Counted from the first letter of the stretch, positions 24,544-40,183 are shown. The stretch: 64,000 nt of DNA from Bigelowiella natans CCMP2755 (GCA_000320545.1 ADNK01001529.1:1-64000), one strand, 5' to 3'. The notes: a model not told the origin generated them from the sequence alone. Numbers and translations are program-made.

Positions 24544-25117
24544 ATCAGCAGCAGTAACGCGCAGCGAAAAGACGGATATGGCTGGGAAAAATGATATTGA
24601 CCGAAGTGAACGCTTACTTTTCTCTGCAGCCTGGATGTAGACATCGATGGGGATCTGCACCGCCCCCAAGTGATCTGCGCCCTTAAATTTTGCCGTCGTC
24701 GTCGTCGTCGTCGTCGTCGAAGCATTGCTAGAACTCGATGATTGGAACGACTGGGCGTGTGGGCGGACGGGGTGAAGGAAACAATACGCAAAGAAATAAG
24801 AATGTGATGCGCCAACCTCTTATGCTACTGAGCAAAATGTTAGATTTTGAACGCGAACACATCCCCACATTGGCGCGTCTTAGAGTACAAAAAGCTGCTG
24901 ATTTATTCGTTCTTGGGAACAAGTATCCGGTAATTTCTTACATTGAAGGTGCTCATCAAGAAGTCCGCTGCGTAGGTAGAGTCTCCTGTGACCTTCTCCT
25001 CTTCTTCGTCCTCCTGTAAAATACACAAATATACCGGAGTTGGCTTTGCATGTTTCTCTCCCAAACCCTTTCCACGTACAGGGCACATTCACACACACAC
25101 ACACACACACGCACACA

Positions 25118-25171
<54 letters not shown>

Positions 25172-25981
25172 TGTGTGCGTGTGTGTGTGTGCAATATGGA
25201 TTGGATGATGGGAAATGCATTTAAACCTGGGATAGGTCGTCGAAGTTAGCGTAACGGTTATTAGGCTTGATCTGGCCACCACGCGAAGACGATAGTGTTG
25301 ATGATAAAGACGATGGACGCGATGAAGAGTCGTTGGGCCTACTCCTACTCAGTTGGGCAGCAGCCTGGAGCTTCTCCGCCTTTTGAGCTGCGGCTTTCGA
25401 GCTGCTAAGGAGAAGGATCTGAATGTACACCACACAGACAAACACACATACCAAATACAATTATAACAATATATATAAAATAGACTAATAATCGATTATG
25501 TTCCGCAGAGAATATCGAGTCTTTAAATGATGAAAGACCACAGGCACTGCGTACCTCGCCGAGGTCCCCAAGGGCGGCATCCAGCATGCGATTGACAACG
25601 CCTTGGCTCACACGTTCAACAACGGCCCTCCTTTCTTTTCCTGTGAGATCCTCTGCCTCCTTGCTACCATTCCCTCCGCGCATTGCAGCCAAGATTATAC
25701 TGGCGATGTTGTCGGTAGTTCTCGGCACGGATGATGAAGCCTTTCTGGAAGATGCTACCAGATCTCTGTTTTGCCCCCCCCCCCCTGTCTTGCTTGACGA
25801 TGAGCTAAGGCCGTGGTGCTTATTGGCTGACTGGGTTGTCGCTTCGAATTCCCCAGAATTTTCCTCGTCCTCAGGGTCCTCCAAGCTCATTTCTTCGCTT
25901 GACTCGAACGAGCTCGAGATGTCGTATCTGAGCACAACGTTTCGTAGTGTGAGCAACCATGTGGCTACTTCGATTGTGTGT

Positions 25982-26020
<39 letters not shown>

Positions 26021-29000
26021 TATGCGCGCGCATGTATGTGTGCAGGTAAAAACAAAGCATAAAAGATTGGCCATACTCGTACTTAACGTCCTCTTCTTCG
26101 TCTCCAAAATCAGATGCTAAGCTCATCGCCATCCTGTCGGTATTCAGCGCTGAAAGATCCCACGTTTGTCTTTTTGGGTCAAAATAGTCTTCTTTTTCAG
26201 CCGACGGATCAACGGCAAGCAGAGCCTGAAACAGCTTCTCGCCCTTTACTTGGTGAGGGTCAACGTTCATAGCTTTGCTGTCAGGCGCTGCTTCCCCATG
26301 CTCACAGTCAGTTTCGTCGATGGCGTCAGAGACCGCACTCAAGATACTGTTTGCCAACGCATCCTCTGCTTTTGCATTTTTCCTCCTGGAAATCGTTTGC
26401 ACTGTAAACTCCCCGCTTAGTGCCAAGCGTCTTTTTTGAATTGTAGCTGCCATCTCATCGGCGGCGGCACGGGTCTCAGTATTGATCAATGTCTCGACAA
26501 CCGTTTGCAATGCTGCTTTGTCAACGATGGGTTTCTGGTTTGATTGCTGATTTGATTCTACACGGGAGACGATGGACGCATCCTCTTCATCTGCATCGTC
26601 TGTCTTATTTTCCTTTGTGTCAGTGATTCTACCTCTTAGAAGGTGATGATGGGGCTGGGTTTGATGCTTAGGTAACGCATTTGAGCGGTTCATGTGTCGC
26701 TTCCTGGCCGTCAATACAGCTGACACGGCGTCGTGTGCCTCTCTGCGCAAAATGCTGTCCGCAATCTTCTCTGCTGTCGCAACCTCCACCACCTTCTTCT
26801 CCACTGTTGCGGTCGTCTGCGACATCACTTTAATGTTATCATTAGATTTAGATTGGACAGATACTCCTTCTTTCTCTTCAGTCTTCTTGGCCTCCTCGCT
26901 TTCTGGAGAGCTTTGAGGAAGCAGCATTTCTTTTGGGAGCTTCTTTTCTGCGATGGATGCTTGAATCGTGGCAACTTCAGTTATTGCGTTTCGGGCCTCA
27001 CTCTCCAATATCTGGTCTGTTATGAGATTCACATGGATAGAGCCGACGGCAGGTTTCGACTTAGAGGCTTGTGGTTTCGGGGCAATAGACGCATCCTTGG
27101 TACTCACCCCCTTACGATCTTTTGTATCATCCTCCTGGGGATCCTCTATGGTAGTGGTGATTTCGGGGATTTCTTTACGGGACTCTGTTTCCTCCAGACG
27201 ATCTTGCACACTCTCTTCCTTAGCGACTATATCCGCCACTGCAATTGTGGTGTCCTCGAGCAAAACATCTTCAGCAACCTGAGTTGCTTCAGCGTCTTTT
27301 TCGGTCTTACCGACTACAACTTCGCCCTTTTGTTGGTTCTCTTTAATCGCCAATTCTGTCGGAGCATTCTGCGCATTGCTAGGTTCCACCAAGCGTTTCT
27401 TTTCAATGCGTTTAGGTTTAGGAATGGAGGACATCTCGATACTAGCATTTTGTATTTCAATTTGAAGCATACTATCTGTGATCATATCAACAACCAGAGG
27501 GTCAATGTCATCCTGTTTTCCTATCATAATTTTACTCTCTCCACTTCCCGCTCCTTCCTTTGCGTCTGGGTTTGTTTCGCCCGCTTCTACTTCGGTATCG
27601 GGCATGGCCGATCCCGCGTCCTCCTTATCCATTGTAAAGGCTTCGTCTGTACTTTGATCCACAGCCTCCACCTGAGGTTGACTCGCTCCTGCGGCGCTCC
27701 CTGTTTTACTATCTTTCGGGATGACAGACGATGAATTCTCTCCAATTCGATTGTTGAACTCTGTCTGCTTATTCTCTGTTTCGGTCAGTGGAGTGTCAGA
27801 CGTGCCCTCATTAGCCTCTGGTTTGCTCTTCTGGCTCACACCCTCAACGGATGCTTCAACGTTACGATCTCCTTCCTGAGTGTCATGAGCTGTTCCGTGA
27901 TCGGGTGCTCTAAATTCTTCCTCATTCCCAAGCTTCTTTGATAGGTTTGCTCTGACGAAAGCCATTTCGGCGGTGGCATTGCGGGCTTCAACCTGTAGCA
28001 AATTTTCCACAATCTTATTGGCTGCTGGAGAATTTTTGAGCTCTGGTGCAGATATCCGCGCTTCCGCAATTTTCTGGTTACCTTTTATTGTCTCGGTAGG
28101 TGTTTCTTTCGTTGGCGTCTCTGCGTTTGCTTTCGATTTACTGTCCATTATCGGACCTTCAACCATGCTATCGTGTGTTGAGATCATGTCTACAGAAGTA
28201 GATAAGTTTTCCCGTTGAGACTCTTCAGCATCCTGAATCTGAGAAGTTCCTGCCGATTCTTGCGCGTCAGTGTGACTTTCTGGCTTCTCTTGCACATTTT
28301 GCTCCGGAACAGATTTTTTTTCTGCTGCGATCTCATTCGTAGCACTTGCAATATTCTCATCGAGTAGTTCACCCTTTTCTTTGGCGGACTCGATGGCAAG
28401 ATTATCCGTGACAACAGCTTTCCCTTCTTCGCTCGTATTATTGTCCATAGTCTCCACATCGTAGTTTGTCTCATTTTCCCCAGTTTTATTTAATGCGATT
28501 TCTTCCTTATCTCCACCCCCAACTACCCGAGTCTCTGCACCTTCGCTTTCTGTGGGTCCAATTAGGGTCTTCTGTTTCACGTTGCCCGAACCACAGCTTT
28601 CTTTTGTTTTTTGTTCTTTCCCCTCGTCATCGTCAGTTTCGCTACTGACTTTTGCTGACGTCCCGGTTTCTGCCTGTTTAACTTGTACCGACGGATTGAT
28701 TGGTGAAATCGAGGCTTTAGAAGCTTCAGCTTTTCGTTTTTCCACGGATGCTCGCACAAATGCCATTGTGGTTACGGCGTTGTTCACCTCAGTTTGTATC
28801 ATATTATCCGCTATGCGTTCCACAGTTTGAGGATCATGCTCTGTTTTCTGCTGTTCTTGTAATGCGTTCTCCTTCTCTGCCGCGTCAACATCTTCAGTTT
28901 CTCCAATATCTTCAGAAACTTCGATGTTGTCAACGGATGCATCGCCAGTTTCCGTCAGTATTTGTCCATCGGAAGGAGTTTCCAACTCTTGCAAGCTTTC

Positions 29001-32000
29001 TTCGATGTCCTGTGTCGTCTTCACATCGTCGCTGGCAGTGTCGCTGCCGACTTTTGCTGACGCCACGGTTTCTGCTTGTTTAATTTCTGTGGATGGATTG
29101 ATCGGTGTACTCGAGATTTCTCCAGCTTCGGCTTTTCTTTTTTCCACGGATGCTTGCACAAATGCCATTGTAGCAACAGCGTTGTTCACCTCAGTTTGTA
29201 TCATATTATCCGCTATGCGTTCCACAGTTTGAGGATCATGCTCTGTTTTCTGCTGTTCTTGTAATGTGTTGTCCTTCTCTGCCGCGTCAACATCTTCAGT
29301 TTCTCCAATATCTTCAGAAACTTCAATATCTTCAGATACTTCGATGTCATCAACGGATGCATCTTCAGCTTTCGTTTTTATCTGATCATCGGTCTCAGAC
29401 AAAGCTGTTGGATCGATAGATAGTTTCTTCTCGTGAGCCATTTGCTCAATGGAGGCTTCCGCCTTTTTTTGGTTTTCTTCGTTAGTGCCTTCGCTCTTTC
29501 GACTGGTATTTTTTTGCTCTATTCCCCCGTCGCCGTTCTGGTCTTGCTGGGCAATTTCAGACGTGTAATCTTTCGAATTTTCACCTGCATCATTCATGTT
29601 TGCAGCTTTTGCCTCCTTCGCTTCAGCCTCACTATTGGTGTCGAAGCTAATATCCTCTTCATAGTCATCTACAGATTCGAAATTCTCTTCAATCTCAATG
29701 CTATCATCATCACCAGGAGAGACTCCCTGTGAGACGACAACCTCTTCCACAGGCTTAGATTTATCATGCCCGCTCGCATCCGTGACTACCTCAATTTGAT
29801 TAGACCCCTTTTGCTTTTCTGTTTGCAGTAACTCTTTCTCTTGCGTGCCAGCTGAGAGGACATTAACTTCAGTTTTCTTATCAACCGAACTGGTTGAATT
29901 TTCGATAGGTTTTTCCTCCGAGGAAGCGGGAGCTGCTTCACGTGCCTCCTTAGTTTTCACAACTAGAGAAGTTTCTGTCAGCTCCTTCTCGGGAACAGCT
30001 ACTTCACTTTTCGCATTTGCTTTTACAACTTCCTCAGTGCTGGCTTGATCAGTTCGATGCTTAGGAGTCGAAAGGGGTTGTTTGTTTGATGTCTTTTTCA
30101 TATCCACATTGATGGTAACTTTCGAAGAAATCTTTTCTATTTCGCGTAAAAGGCGACGGGCGTGAAGTCTTTGAGTAATTCCAAGTACGGGAAGATCTTC
30201 GGGTGAGAGCTCCAGCAATCCAACGCCATCAACCCCGTTCTCCTCGAAGTTTGACGCAAACAATCTGGCAAATACAGGCGCAATACCGGCGACAAAGGCT
30301 GCTACCTGCTTCTCGTCCCACTGTATTGGGTTGCCGCTTGGAACATGGCCAGTGGCTTGTTTTGGAGTTTGCACGTTGCTGTCATCGATGTTACTTTGGG
30401 ACCCGGCTGCAGATTTAGGCACCCGTGGTGGCAATCCACCGAAGACATTTTTCCTCTCCTTCTTCTCATTCATGGTAGTCGCGGGACTCCTTGCTTTCTT
30501 CTCTCGGGGAGGACTCCTCGCCTTGGCATCGTGATTATTGCTGATGTATGATACATCCTCTGTGAAGTCGCTGTAGCCAGTCTCTTCCATCTCAGCGTGA
30601 TCTTGAGAGGCATCAATACCTTTCTTCCCCCCTGGAGAGCGCGTACTTACGTCTGTCTGCTTTCCAACCGTCGCTTGTTGATTTTCGACAAAGGAGGTTC
30701 CATCCGTGAAGTCGCTATAGCCCGTCTCGTCCATTTCGCCCTGATCCTGGGAGGCTACACCTCCTTTCTTCTCATCTGTTAATAGCGCTGCTTTCTTGGT
30801 GGTGTTGCTGTCGGTTGCACCGTGATGGAGGTTGCTGGCATAGGCCACGCCGTCTGTAAATTCGCTATAACCCGTCTCATTTAGAGAGGCATTGTAGTCT
30901 GATTCCGGATCTTGATCCTCACGTTGCAAATTTACGTTTTTTTGCACTTGAGAGGCTTTGCCCGAAATGTAATCTTCGGCCTCATCCTCAACCTCAATAT
31001 CGTCGACACCGCCATTATAAATATCCGGATTTACTTCATCTTCGATGTCAATCTCCACGTCATCCTCGACAGCCATCTCCATGTCACCGCTGCCATCGTC
31101 CTCAATTTCGACAATCTCTTCACCGTCCTCTTTCACAACGTTAGTATCTCTGTCTTCATGCCGTTTGGCTGCGTGTTTATTGTTGTGATCAGCATCTAGT
31201 CTATCGTCGGGGTCTTCATCAATCTCAATGTCATCATCTATATTTTCGTCGTCGACAACATCCCCGTCCCCGCCTTCGATCATAACTTCGCCATCCTCCT
31301 CGATAGAGGTGCTATGGTTGACGTTGTCTTCTTGGCTGCCTCCATCATCTTCAACATCAATTTCAACGTCGTCTTCGATATCGATCGAGGCGTCATCGCC
31401 CCCGCCACGCTCAGCAGGGTCTTCTTCAAAGTTATCTTCAATTTCTGTGTAGCGGAGAATATTCATTTTTTGTAGGCCAGGGAGAAACATTCAAAAAAAT
31501 CTCTGTATTAAGGATTTGCTCATTTATTGATTTCGAAAATATCTGCATTATCAATGTGTGATAGTTTGATATGTTTTAGAAAGCATATTTCTAGATAAGC
31601 ATGGCGAAGCCCCCAGAGACTGGGAGGACAAGAGCGTCGACATTCTCATGTCCTTCCAATCACCAATATCAATTTACAAATACCTAGAATTGTCATTCAA
31701 AGTTGATCATATCTAACACGTCAAAGCCTCTACCTATAGAATCGTCTTGCTCCTTTCCTTCTTCGATGTCCACCGCCACGTCGTCCGATATCGACATTGA
31801 ATTTGATCCCTCAGCGGTTGCCTTGTTCCCCGTTCTACGGCTTTTATTCTTCGTGTACTTGCCATCATCTTCGTACTCGTCCTCCTCAATTTCGATCGAA
31901 ACAGATTCAGAGCTGCCCCCCCCCTCTTTCTGATGTATAGACTTGTTCGGTTCAACCTCGTCTTCGATGAAGTCGTTGGTGTAGTTGGACATGTAGGACA

Positions 32001-33190
32001 GTTGTGAACGGTTGACTTTGGGGGGGGATGCTGCGTGCCCAGCTGCTGTTCCTGCAACCACCACTGCATTGTGTTGACTTGCTCCGTAATCCTCGAAATC
32101 TTCCGTGTAACTTCCGCCAGAGTCCACAAGCTCAGCTGAATTATTTATTTTTTAATCAGAACATCTTCCTTTGCTTCTTGCAGCTCAAACTTTCCCCCCC
32201 CCCCCCCCCCCCCCCTGCCCTTTCTCTCTTTACCAATATAAATATAAATATAATATATACATATATATAATGTATGAGTGCATTAGTGTACTTTATGACA
32301 ACTTCATGATATATGTTACATATGGACACAATTAGCTGAATGAGTGTTTTAGTTAGACCACTCTCTACCCCTCACCCACCCACACAACACACACCTCCAT
32401 TCTGGCTGCGGATGGCCACAGTTTGCTCGTTCCGCTTAGGCTGCGTGACATTGCCTTCGATGCTACGAACTGGGTTTCCGTCTGAGCCGATTACTTGTAC
32501 TTTGATCACAGGAGGGATGTTTGCAGCAGCACCTCCTTGCAAGGCCGTGGCGGCCGAAGCTCGTGCCTTTTCGACAATCTCCAGCGCCGCTTCACGCGCT
32601 GCGTCGCGCGCTGTGCTCACCATGGCAGTTTGGGTGAGTTGCTGGCGGGCGATGTCCTGCTGCTGGCGAATGAGATCTTGCATCTTCTCGTCGCTGCGTC
32701 TCCTTTCAGCCTCGAGCTGCTGTGCACGCTCCTCCAGCGATCGGCGTCGCTCCTCAAGTGAATTCGCCGCTGCGCCAATAGTATTGATCAGTTCTACACG
32801 ACGAGGTATATTTCACACAGGGAACAAAACGCACATGCGCACACGCAAGTGGTATTTTTGCCACTGATTTAGTCATCATCTCACCCTGCTCGTTCCTGGC
32901 TTTCTCTTCGTCTGTTCGCTGTGCAGCGGCTGTACGCATGAGTTCCAGCCGCTCCCGCTTGATTTGAGCTTGCTCTTTTTGCAACGCAAGCTGAGCCGTT
33001 TTGTTTTTGGCGTCGATGTCCTGCTGCTTGTGCATGACTTCGATGAGCCGGTCCACTTCACTCAACCGCGAAGTATTCTGCTTGATAACGGCCTCAAGCC
33101 GCCGTTCCTCGCGTGCCGCTGATAGTCGTAGCCTCGTGTCGAGGCTGGAATGAAAGTCCTACACATAGAGACACTTTACACTCCTTTCTC

Positions 33191-33229
<39 letters not shown>

Positions 33230-36200
33230 AGAGAGAGAAACACACAAGTATTTCGGAAGCAAGGAAGATGATTTCAGACCTTAGAGATAGTCCGTAGTTG
33301 CTCGAGCTGGGCCTTGTGCTGGACTTGACTGCCGCGTTCGATGGCAAGACGCTGCGCCGTTAATCGCTCCTCCAACTCTACGCGCTCCTGGTGTCGACGC
33401 TCTTCAACTTCGCGTATTTCGCTAAGAGATCAGGATAGAAATAGAGAGAACTCATTCCCAGATAGTGCATCTGATACCACTTAAAAACTACTACTGCAAT
33501 TGTTCCGTGCTACTGCTACCACCACTACTACTACTACTCCTACTACCACTAGTACTACCGTTGGTGCTCGAGAAACCAACGCCGTTCCTTGATTCTCATG
33601 TCCTCCCGAAGTGCATCTTCACGTTGCTTGGCCTCTTCTGCCATTTCCCAACGCCGAGCCATCTCAGCCTCCTTGGCCGCGAGCGCGCGCTCCCCCTCTC
33701 TCTTCTGTGCCTGTGTTCGGGTGAACAAGCCTTTTATTTGTCATACGAGAGGACGCGCTATCGCTAAATTGTATCATTTACAAAACGTCATCATACCTGA
33801 ATTACAGCCTGCTGCACGCGAGCACGAAGGTATCGCTGCGAGGATTTGGATTGAAGGGAATGGTAGAGCTGGCGTGCCTGTTGTGACACCTGGGAGAGGG
33901 CACGTGCCTGCTGGAGAGATTGCAGCTTCCGCGCGGAATCCTCGAGAAGATTCAACGCCTGCAACGTATAGCCAAGAGTAAACTCAGTCGTCTTTCTCTA
34001 ACGAAATACGTGGGTTGGATATAGGGTATTCAGTACACAACAGGACATATGCTATCACCACCTGTAGTTCGCGCTGTAGCTTTCGCTTGATCTCACGGGC
34101 ACGCGATAGCTTCGATGGAGGTGTAGCTGGCGGCTCGGTTTTACCAGTATTATTGGTCTTCGTGCCAGAAGGTTGCGGCAGATTGGAAGGCTGTGCGTTG
34201 TCCAGTGTCTTCTTATCTCCCGCGTACGGCGCAGATGCATTGAAATCTTCGGTCTGAATTTAATAGCATGCTTGTGAGATACGGTGCTAACTTACAAAAC
34301 AGCTGTGGAGGCCAAGCGTACACCACAACCTATGTCTACGCTTATACGCCATGCCATTTGAGCCCTCTTGCATCGTGATCATCATATGTATGCGCTATGC
34401 TGCTCGGAGCTAGTAATGAGCTATAGCTGATTCACCTGAAAAAGAGGCCTTTTATGTTCCTCGGCCCCCAGATCTTCGGGATTGGCTGCTTTTCCATCCG
34501 TCAGGAGAAGTCTTTCATTATGCTTTAGACGCAATATTTCGTCATCTGGCTCGCTCTCGCTGAAAGTGCGGAAGTAGTTCGGATCGCACTGGGCTGTGAT
34601 TGCTTGCCGGTAGAGTCTACTCTCTGACCTGGTCAAGTATCGTTGGATCTTTTGGCTCACGCGGACTGGCGAGTCGCGGCCCTTCGCCGGACGGATACGA
34701 AAGCGCACGTAGACACTCCCCGGGCGCAACGACAGAATTTCGAAACGCTCTTGCGGCTCGTCGAGCGCAGATGCGATGTCGCGCTGAAATTGTTCACGGA
34801 ACCCTAATGATGACGATGACGATGACGAAACGCACGGGATCAATAATGGGTGAGATGAGGGGAGAGAGTATTTGATGTGCAGATTTAGAAAAAGCCTTCC
34901 CGTGTCTTCTTGTCTCACGAAAGGCAGCATCTATTTTTTCTCTATTATAGATATTATTATTACCCCTTTCCCAGTTATCCCTCGCTTCTGCCGGGACAGA
35001 ATCCATATCATAGTGAAGCTTGATTTCGAGCTCTTCACCGCCAGCGACGACGAGTTCTCTGCTGTTGGATTGGCCGCCATACACTTGGACCGCTGTCGCA
35101 GGGCTAGGAACCATCTGAAGTTGCAGCTGCTGCTGTTTTTGCTTTTGCAAACCAACTCGCTCTTTATCGTCCGGGCTGTTTTTCCTTTTCAGGGGCCCCA
35201 CTAGTGAACGATCTTGACTAGCCCCCTTTTGCCGCTGCAAGTTGCTTTTCGATTGCTCTGCCATCGTCGTTTGCGCCTCCCTGTCATCCGTTGTCGTAGC
35301 CACGGAGGTCTGTGCTGTCGCCGTTTGTGGGCGCAACGATACCCCTTTCTCAGCCTCGAATTCCGCTTGAATATCTTCAATTATCTTACGCTCTTGCTCC
35401 GCAATTCGACGTGACTCTGTTGCGAGCTCTGCAAATGGGATGATTGTGCCATGAATAAGGTGAAAACGCACAAACAATCGAAACCGCAGTCCACCTCCGC
35501 TAGGAAATGCACACATTACGCGAAAATACAATATTTAATCTGGAAGGAGTGACCATTTTCGTTGGCTTGTTTTTGATGCTGCCTTGCTTTTGACGCAATC
35601 CCCCTCCTCAGCAGCTCCGCGACACTATGCGGATCGCGTTCCTCCTCCTCATACACCAGGGTTTCCGCTAAATAGTGTTTGCCAAAACAATAAGTACAAC
35701 GGCTGCAAAATTTATCTAATCGCGCCATTCTATTATTGGTTCGACATAAAGTTTCCTGTCACAAGAACCATCTGCGCAAAGATCGGGAATGCCAATGTGA
35801 ATGGAAAGGAGAGGTATACCTAAAAACTGTCTTTTGCTTCGAGGAATGGCTTTTCTATTCTTCCCGTGCTCTAGGACTTCCGGGGGCAATTCAGTGCCTG
35901 TGAGGAATAGTTTAGATGTTTTCCCGAAAGATTGTCCTGTGGACACAATTTATACCTTTGCCTTCCTTCGCGAGGATGCCAAACTCTGCGCGGTGTCGGT
36001 CAAACGCCTCAAAGGTCTTTCGGAGAGCGTCCTCTACTTCCTCGGAGCTGTCGAGAGATGAAGACTGTTGGTGCTGAATCTCTTTCCTGTTCTCCGATTT
36101 TTTCTTATCTTGATCAACGGAAACGGGCTCGCCGGCCTGATAGGCAGGTATGCTCTTCTCTGCTCCTCCCTTTGTTTTTGCCTCTGCGCCCCCCCCCCCA

Positions 36201-38954
36201 ACAGCTGGCAATGGCAAGGGGCGGGCCGCCGGGGATATGTACTCGCAATTTCCGTGGTCTCCATCATTGTCAGATAACGTCGAAGCTAAGTCGCTGACTT
36301 TTTCGAGCAAGAGGAACTCAACCTCCGGGTCGTTCCACCAGCCCTTGAGCATTTTCGTGGTTTGGTTGTACGCAAACAAGTAGGTCACCACCGACCGGAT
36401 GCTCACGGTGAAGGAATACCTGCGATGGGGGAAAAGTCAAGTGGGTAGGCCAAATCGTTTGTGGATAGACACCACAGGGTGGAGCCGCAAGTAGGATGGG
36501 TGTTACGCTCAACTTAGAGGATCAGCAGGTAGAGGATACATACTAGACTTTTTGCAAAGAATATATAAAATTGCCATAATAGGGAAACAAAATAGTCGCT
36601 CCTCACAAATGTGACGTCAACAATAACGATTTCACTCGCTTTAATTCATGAGCTATTTGGAGGCATCTGTGGCAGCGCAAAGCATCGAAAGAGACATGTG
36701 TTTGGTTCCCTCTCATCGCTGCAGAGGCCGCATGTTGATGTCGGGGGCTTTTTCGACACGTGGACCCATGGTGGTTTGGGGGTCCAGTGGGCGATAATAA
36801 ACCCCCTTTTTCATCTCAGAAAAGAAAATATAATTGCTTCAGATGTAAAAAGAAGGTGTTCAGGTCTTGAGTGTAGGGAGCAGATTTGGATTATGCTGCG
36901 TCTTCAACACGTGCACAAAATTCTTGCACAAATTTTTTTCATCACTACCTTCCTGTGACGATTACAGGTCGGCCATTCCACGTGCTGTCCGCTGTTTTTA
37001 GCGTAAATTTGGAGCCCCATTCGCCCTGATCTGGCCAAAAATTATCGACCTGGACTACCCACGTTCCGTCAAGAATCGGGTCGAGTTTCTGGTGCGACGT
37101 TTCGCTCACTTCCACAACACCGTCATTACTGTTTTGGCGCATATTTGACGTTTTTGGAGTTTCTTTCTCTGGCACTGCTGTTGTCATCGTCTTCGTGGTC
37201 GTGGTCGTGGTCGTGGCCGTCGACGATTTGGCATATTTAATCGCAACATTGGCATTCAGAGAGGCATTTTTGGCTTCCTTGTCCTTCGACTTTGTCTCTA
37301 AGAAAGAATATAGGGAGATATTAGTTCCTCCTCGCTGCCTACTGCAAGAATATCTCACTGCAGTCTCTATTTCACCACCTTCCGTAGCAGTATTTGTCGT
37401 TTGTTGCTCTTTAGAAGTTCTTTTCACAGTGTGGTTGCCTTGCGACCCACATCCACGAACAGCACCACCGTTGTTGTTATCATCCTTGTCATCGTCCTCA
37501 TCCCTCTTATTCCAGCTATCACGTAGATTACTTGGGTCTTCGTCTTCATTGACTGGTGAAACAATTTCTCTTTCTGGCTCGTTTATCTCGCCAACCTTTT
37601 CCTTCTCCTCGATCTTCTCGACAATGCCCTTTCGCATACCTAGTGGGTACAACATTATTGATACTAGCACCAACTACTACTTGCACTGTCTTTTACTATA
37701 CCAGGAGAGTTTTTAGATGAATCTGGCAGCTCAGCACCTGGGGATGGTGGGCTGCCAAGTTGCCCGTTTTTTGCCTCATCCAAAATACCAGACGAGGAAG
37801 TTTTGCCATCCCCGATCAACTTCGAGAGTCTTGAGGAGAGCCTATTTGCCGTCTGGAAGAGATTGTTAATTCTCAGGTTTGCAGCGTCTACGTTTGCCAC
37901 AGCTGTCTTTCCTTCAATAGGCCTTCCTGCTACAATCGATTTTGGAGCCAAGGCCGGGTGACGGTTATATGATCTTGCACGGCCCTTTAAATACTTATTT
38001 TACAGAACGAATACGTAACAAACGTTACACCATATACATATACAATTCTAATAAATTTCATCCACAATTGTTGTATTTATGTGTGAAAGTTAAATCTTCC
38101 ACCTTGTATCTGTTCGGATAGTCGTCCAGAAAAGCCTTGAACTCCTTGTAATCCACCTTCCCTGACTTGTCCGTGTCAATCTGGTCCCATAGTTGCTTCT
38201 GGACTTTCATCGATACGTTTTCCAGCCTTGATTTTTCTAGGCACATGCCGAGTTCTTGGAACGAAATAAGGCGGTCTTTGTTCGTGTCAGCGGTTCTCCA
38301 CGCTGTCACTACCAGGTCCCACTTATCCCGAATTGTATTGCATATAGTGAGCAGGGAAATCTCAGAATTTCCATTCGTACTGTTGCTTCTGAAGCCCTCA
38401 GTTGCTTTGTCGAGTGCTTGCTTTGTTTCTGCACGCTGTGCCACGAGACGACGACCAAAATCCAGCATCTTCTTCAGACGGCGTTCGATTTGTTTAAGGG
38501 CTGTGCTACTCTGGGTCGCCTGTTGATAGGGAATTTCCATGATTCGTCGCTAGTTCGAAAAATGATACAAGGGATACCTTCTTGAGCTCTGGAGACATTG
38601 TGCTTATTCGAGACTTTTCCTCATCAGAGGCCTGTTGTTCTTCATCACCTACCTGCGGATCCTGTAAAATGGAAGGGAGGCTGTCGTCCATGTTGATGAC
38701 GATGGGCTTGCTCTCGTCTTTTTTGGAGTCCCCCCCTCCGTTGGGGGGAGTTCCCCGTTGCATATCAGCTGATTCTGAGTCGGTCATCAAGGATTTTGTG
38801 GGGAGAGTGTTTGTATTCTCTTCCTCATCTTGGGTTAGGCCCGCTACGTTGATTTGTGGGCCCAACTCTGAGCCAGCAGCCTTCTTTTCCTGAAATATAT
38901 TATTTTCTTTTTAAAGGTATATTATTCATGAGTATCTATCTCACCTCGTTATTT

Positions 38955-38994
<40 letters not shown>

Positions 38995-39039
38995 ACTCTC
39001 TCACTCTATCTATATTTACTCACCTCCCTCCACGTAGAA

Positions 39040-39084
<45 letters not shown>

Positions 39085-40145
39085 TATAATATTGTTTTAG
39101 AGGGAACAGAGGAGGGAGAGAACGAGAGCTGGGATGAGGGGAGGAAAGCGGGTCTACGCACCTCGGATCTGTTCGGATAGTCGTCCAGAAAAGCCTTGAA
39201 CTCCTTGTAATCCACCTTCCCTGACTTGTCCGTGTCAATCTGGTCCCATAGTTGCTTCTGGACTTTCATCGATACGTTTTCCAGCCCTGATTTTTCTAGG
39301 CACATGCCGAGTTCTTGGAACGAAATAAGGCGGTCTTTGTTCGTGTCAGTGATTCTCCACGCTGTCACTACCAGGTCCCACTTATCTCGAATTGCATTAC
39401 ATATCGACAACAAGTCGAGCGATGGCTCCAAAAGCTTCGGAAAGTCGTTGAGCGGAACAAATCCAGCTTTTTCCTTGTCAAAAATGTTCCAAAGTTTGTT
39501 CTTCGCCACAATGTGGATCTCGATCATTGCAGCATCCAACCCACGAATGAAGGCCTCCTTGGACAGAACCCCAATGTCTTCTTTAAACTCGGCCACGTCC
39601 TCAAAAGCGATTTGCAGCACATCCCACTTCTCCCGCAAAATAGATTTTAGATTCTCCTCATCAGCTCGGTCCCTACTCGCCCTTTTCTCGGCACGTATGC
39701 GCATACTTTCTCGACGCTGCTTAAGAGCCTCTTCATCATGGTCTTTCGCTTCGGACGCGAACATTATAGTTCTATTGTGCATAGACAACTCACGCTTCAG
39801 TCTGCTACGTTTTTTCTTCGGCTTGAACTTCTTGGCGAACAGTTCGAGATGTTTTAAAGTGTCCTTTTGTTTTTGGGCGCGCTGCGCGGCTGCGAGGGCG
39901 GCTTTCCTTTCATTCTCTCTGCGTTCGGCCTTTTTTTTTCGAATATAAGCATTTGCTTTGGAACGCTGGGCATCCCGCCGAGCCTTCTTCCGTGCTTGCA
40001 GCTCTTTTAGTTGTTTCTCCATCGCTGCGCGCTGTTGCCTCTCGCCAAAGTCTTCGGGATGTGAGGATGGTATCTTTCCGCTTGTTGTCGTCAACGTACT
40101 TTTCGCGAGACTTTTTTCCTCCTTTGTTTGCAATGGGAATCAAAA

Positions 40146-40183
<38 letters not shown>

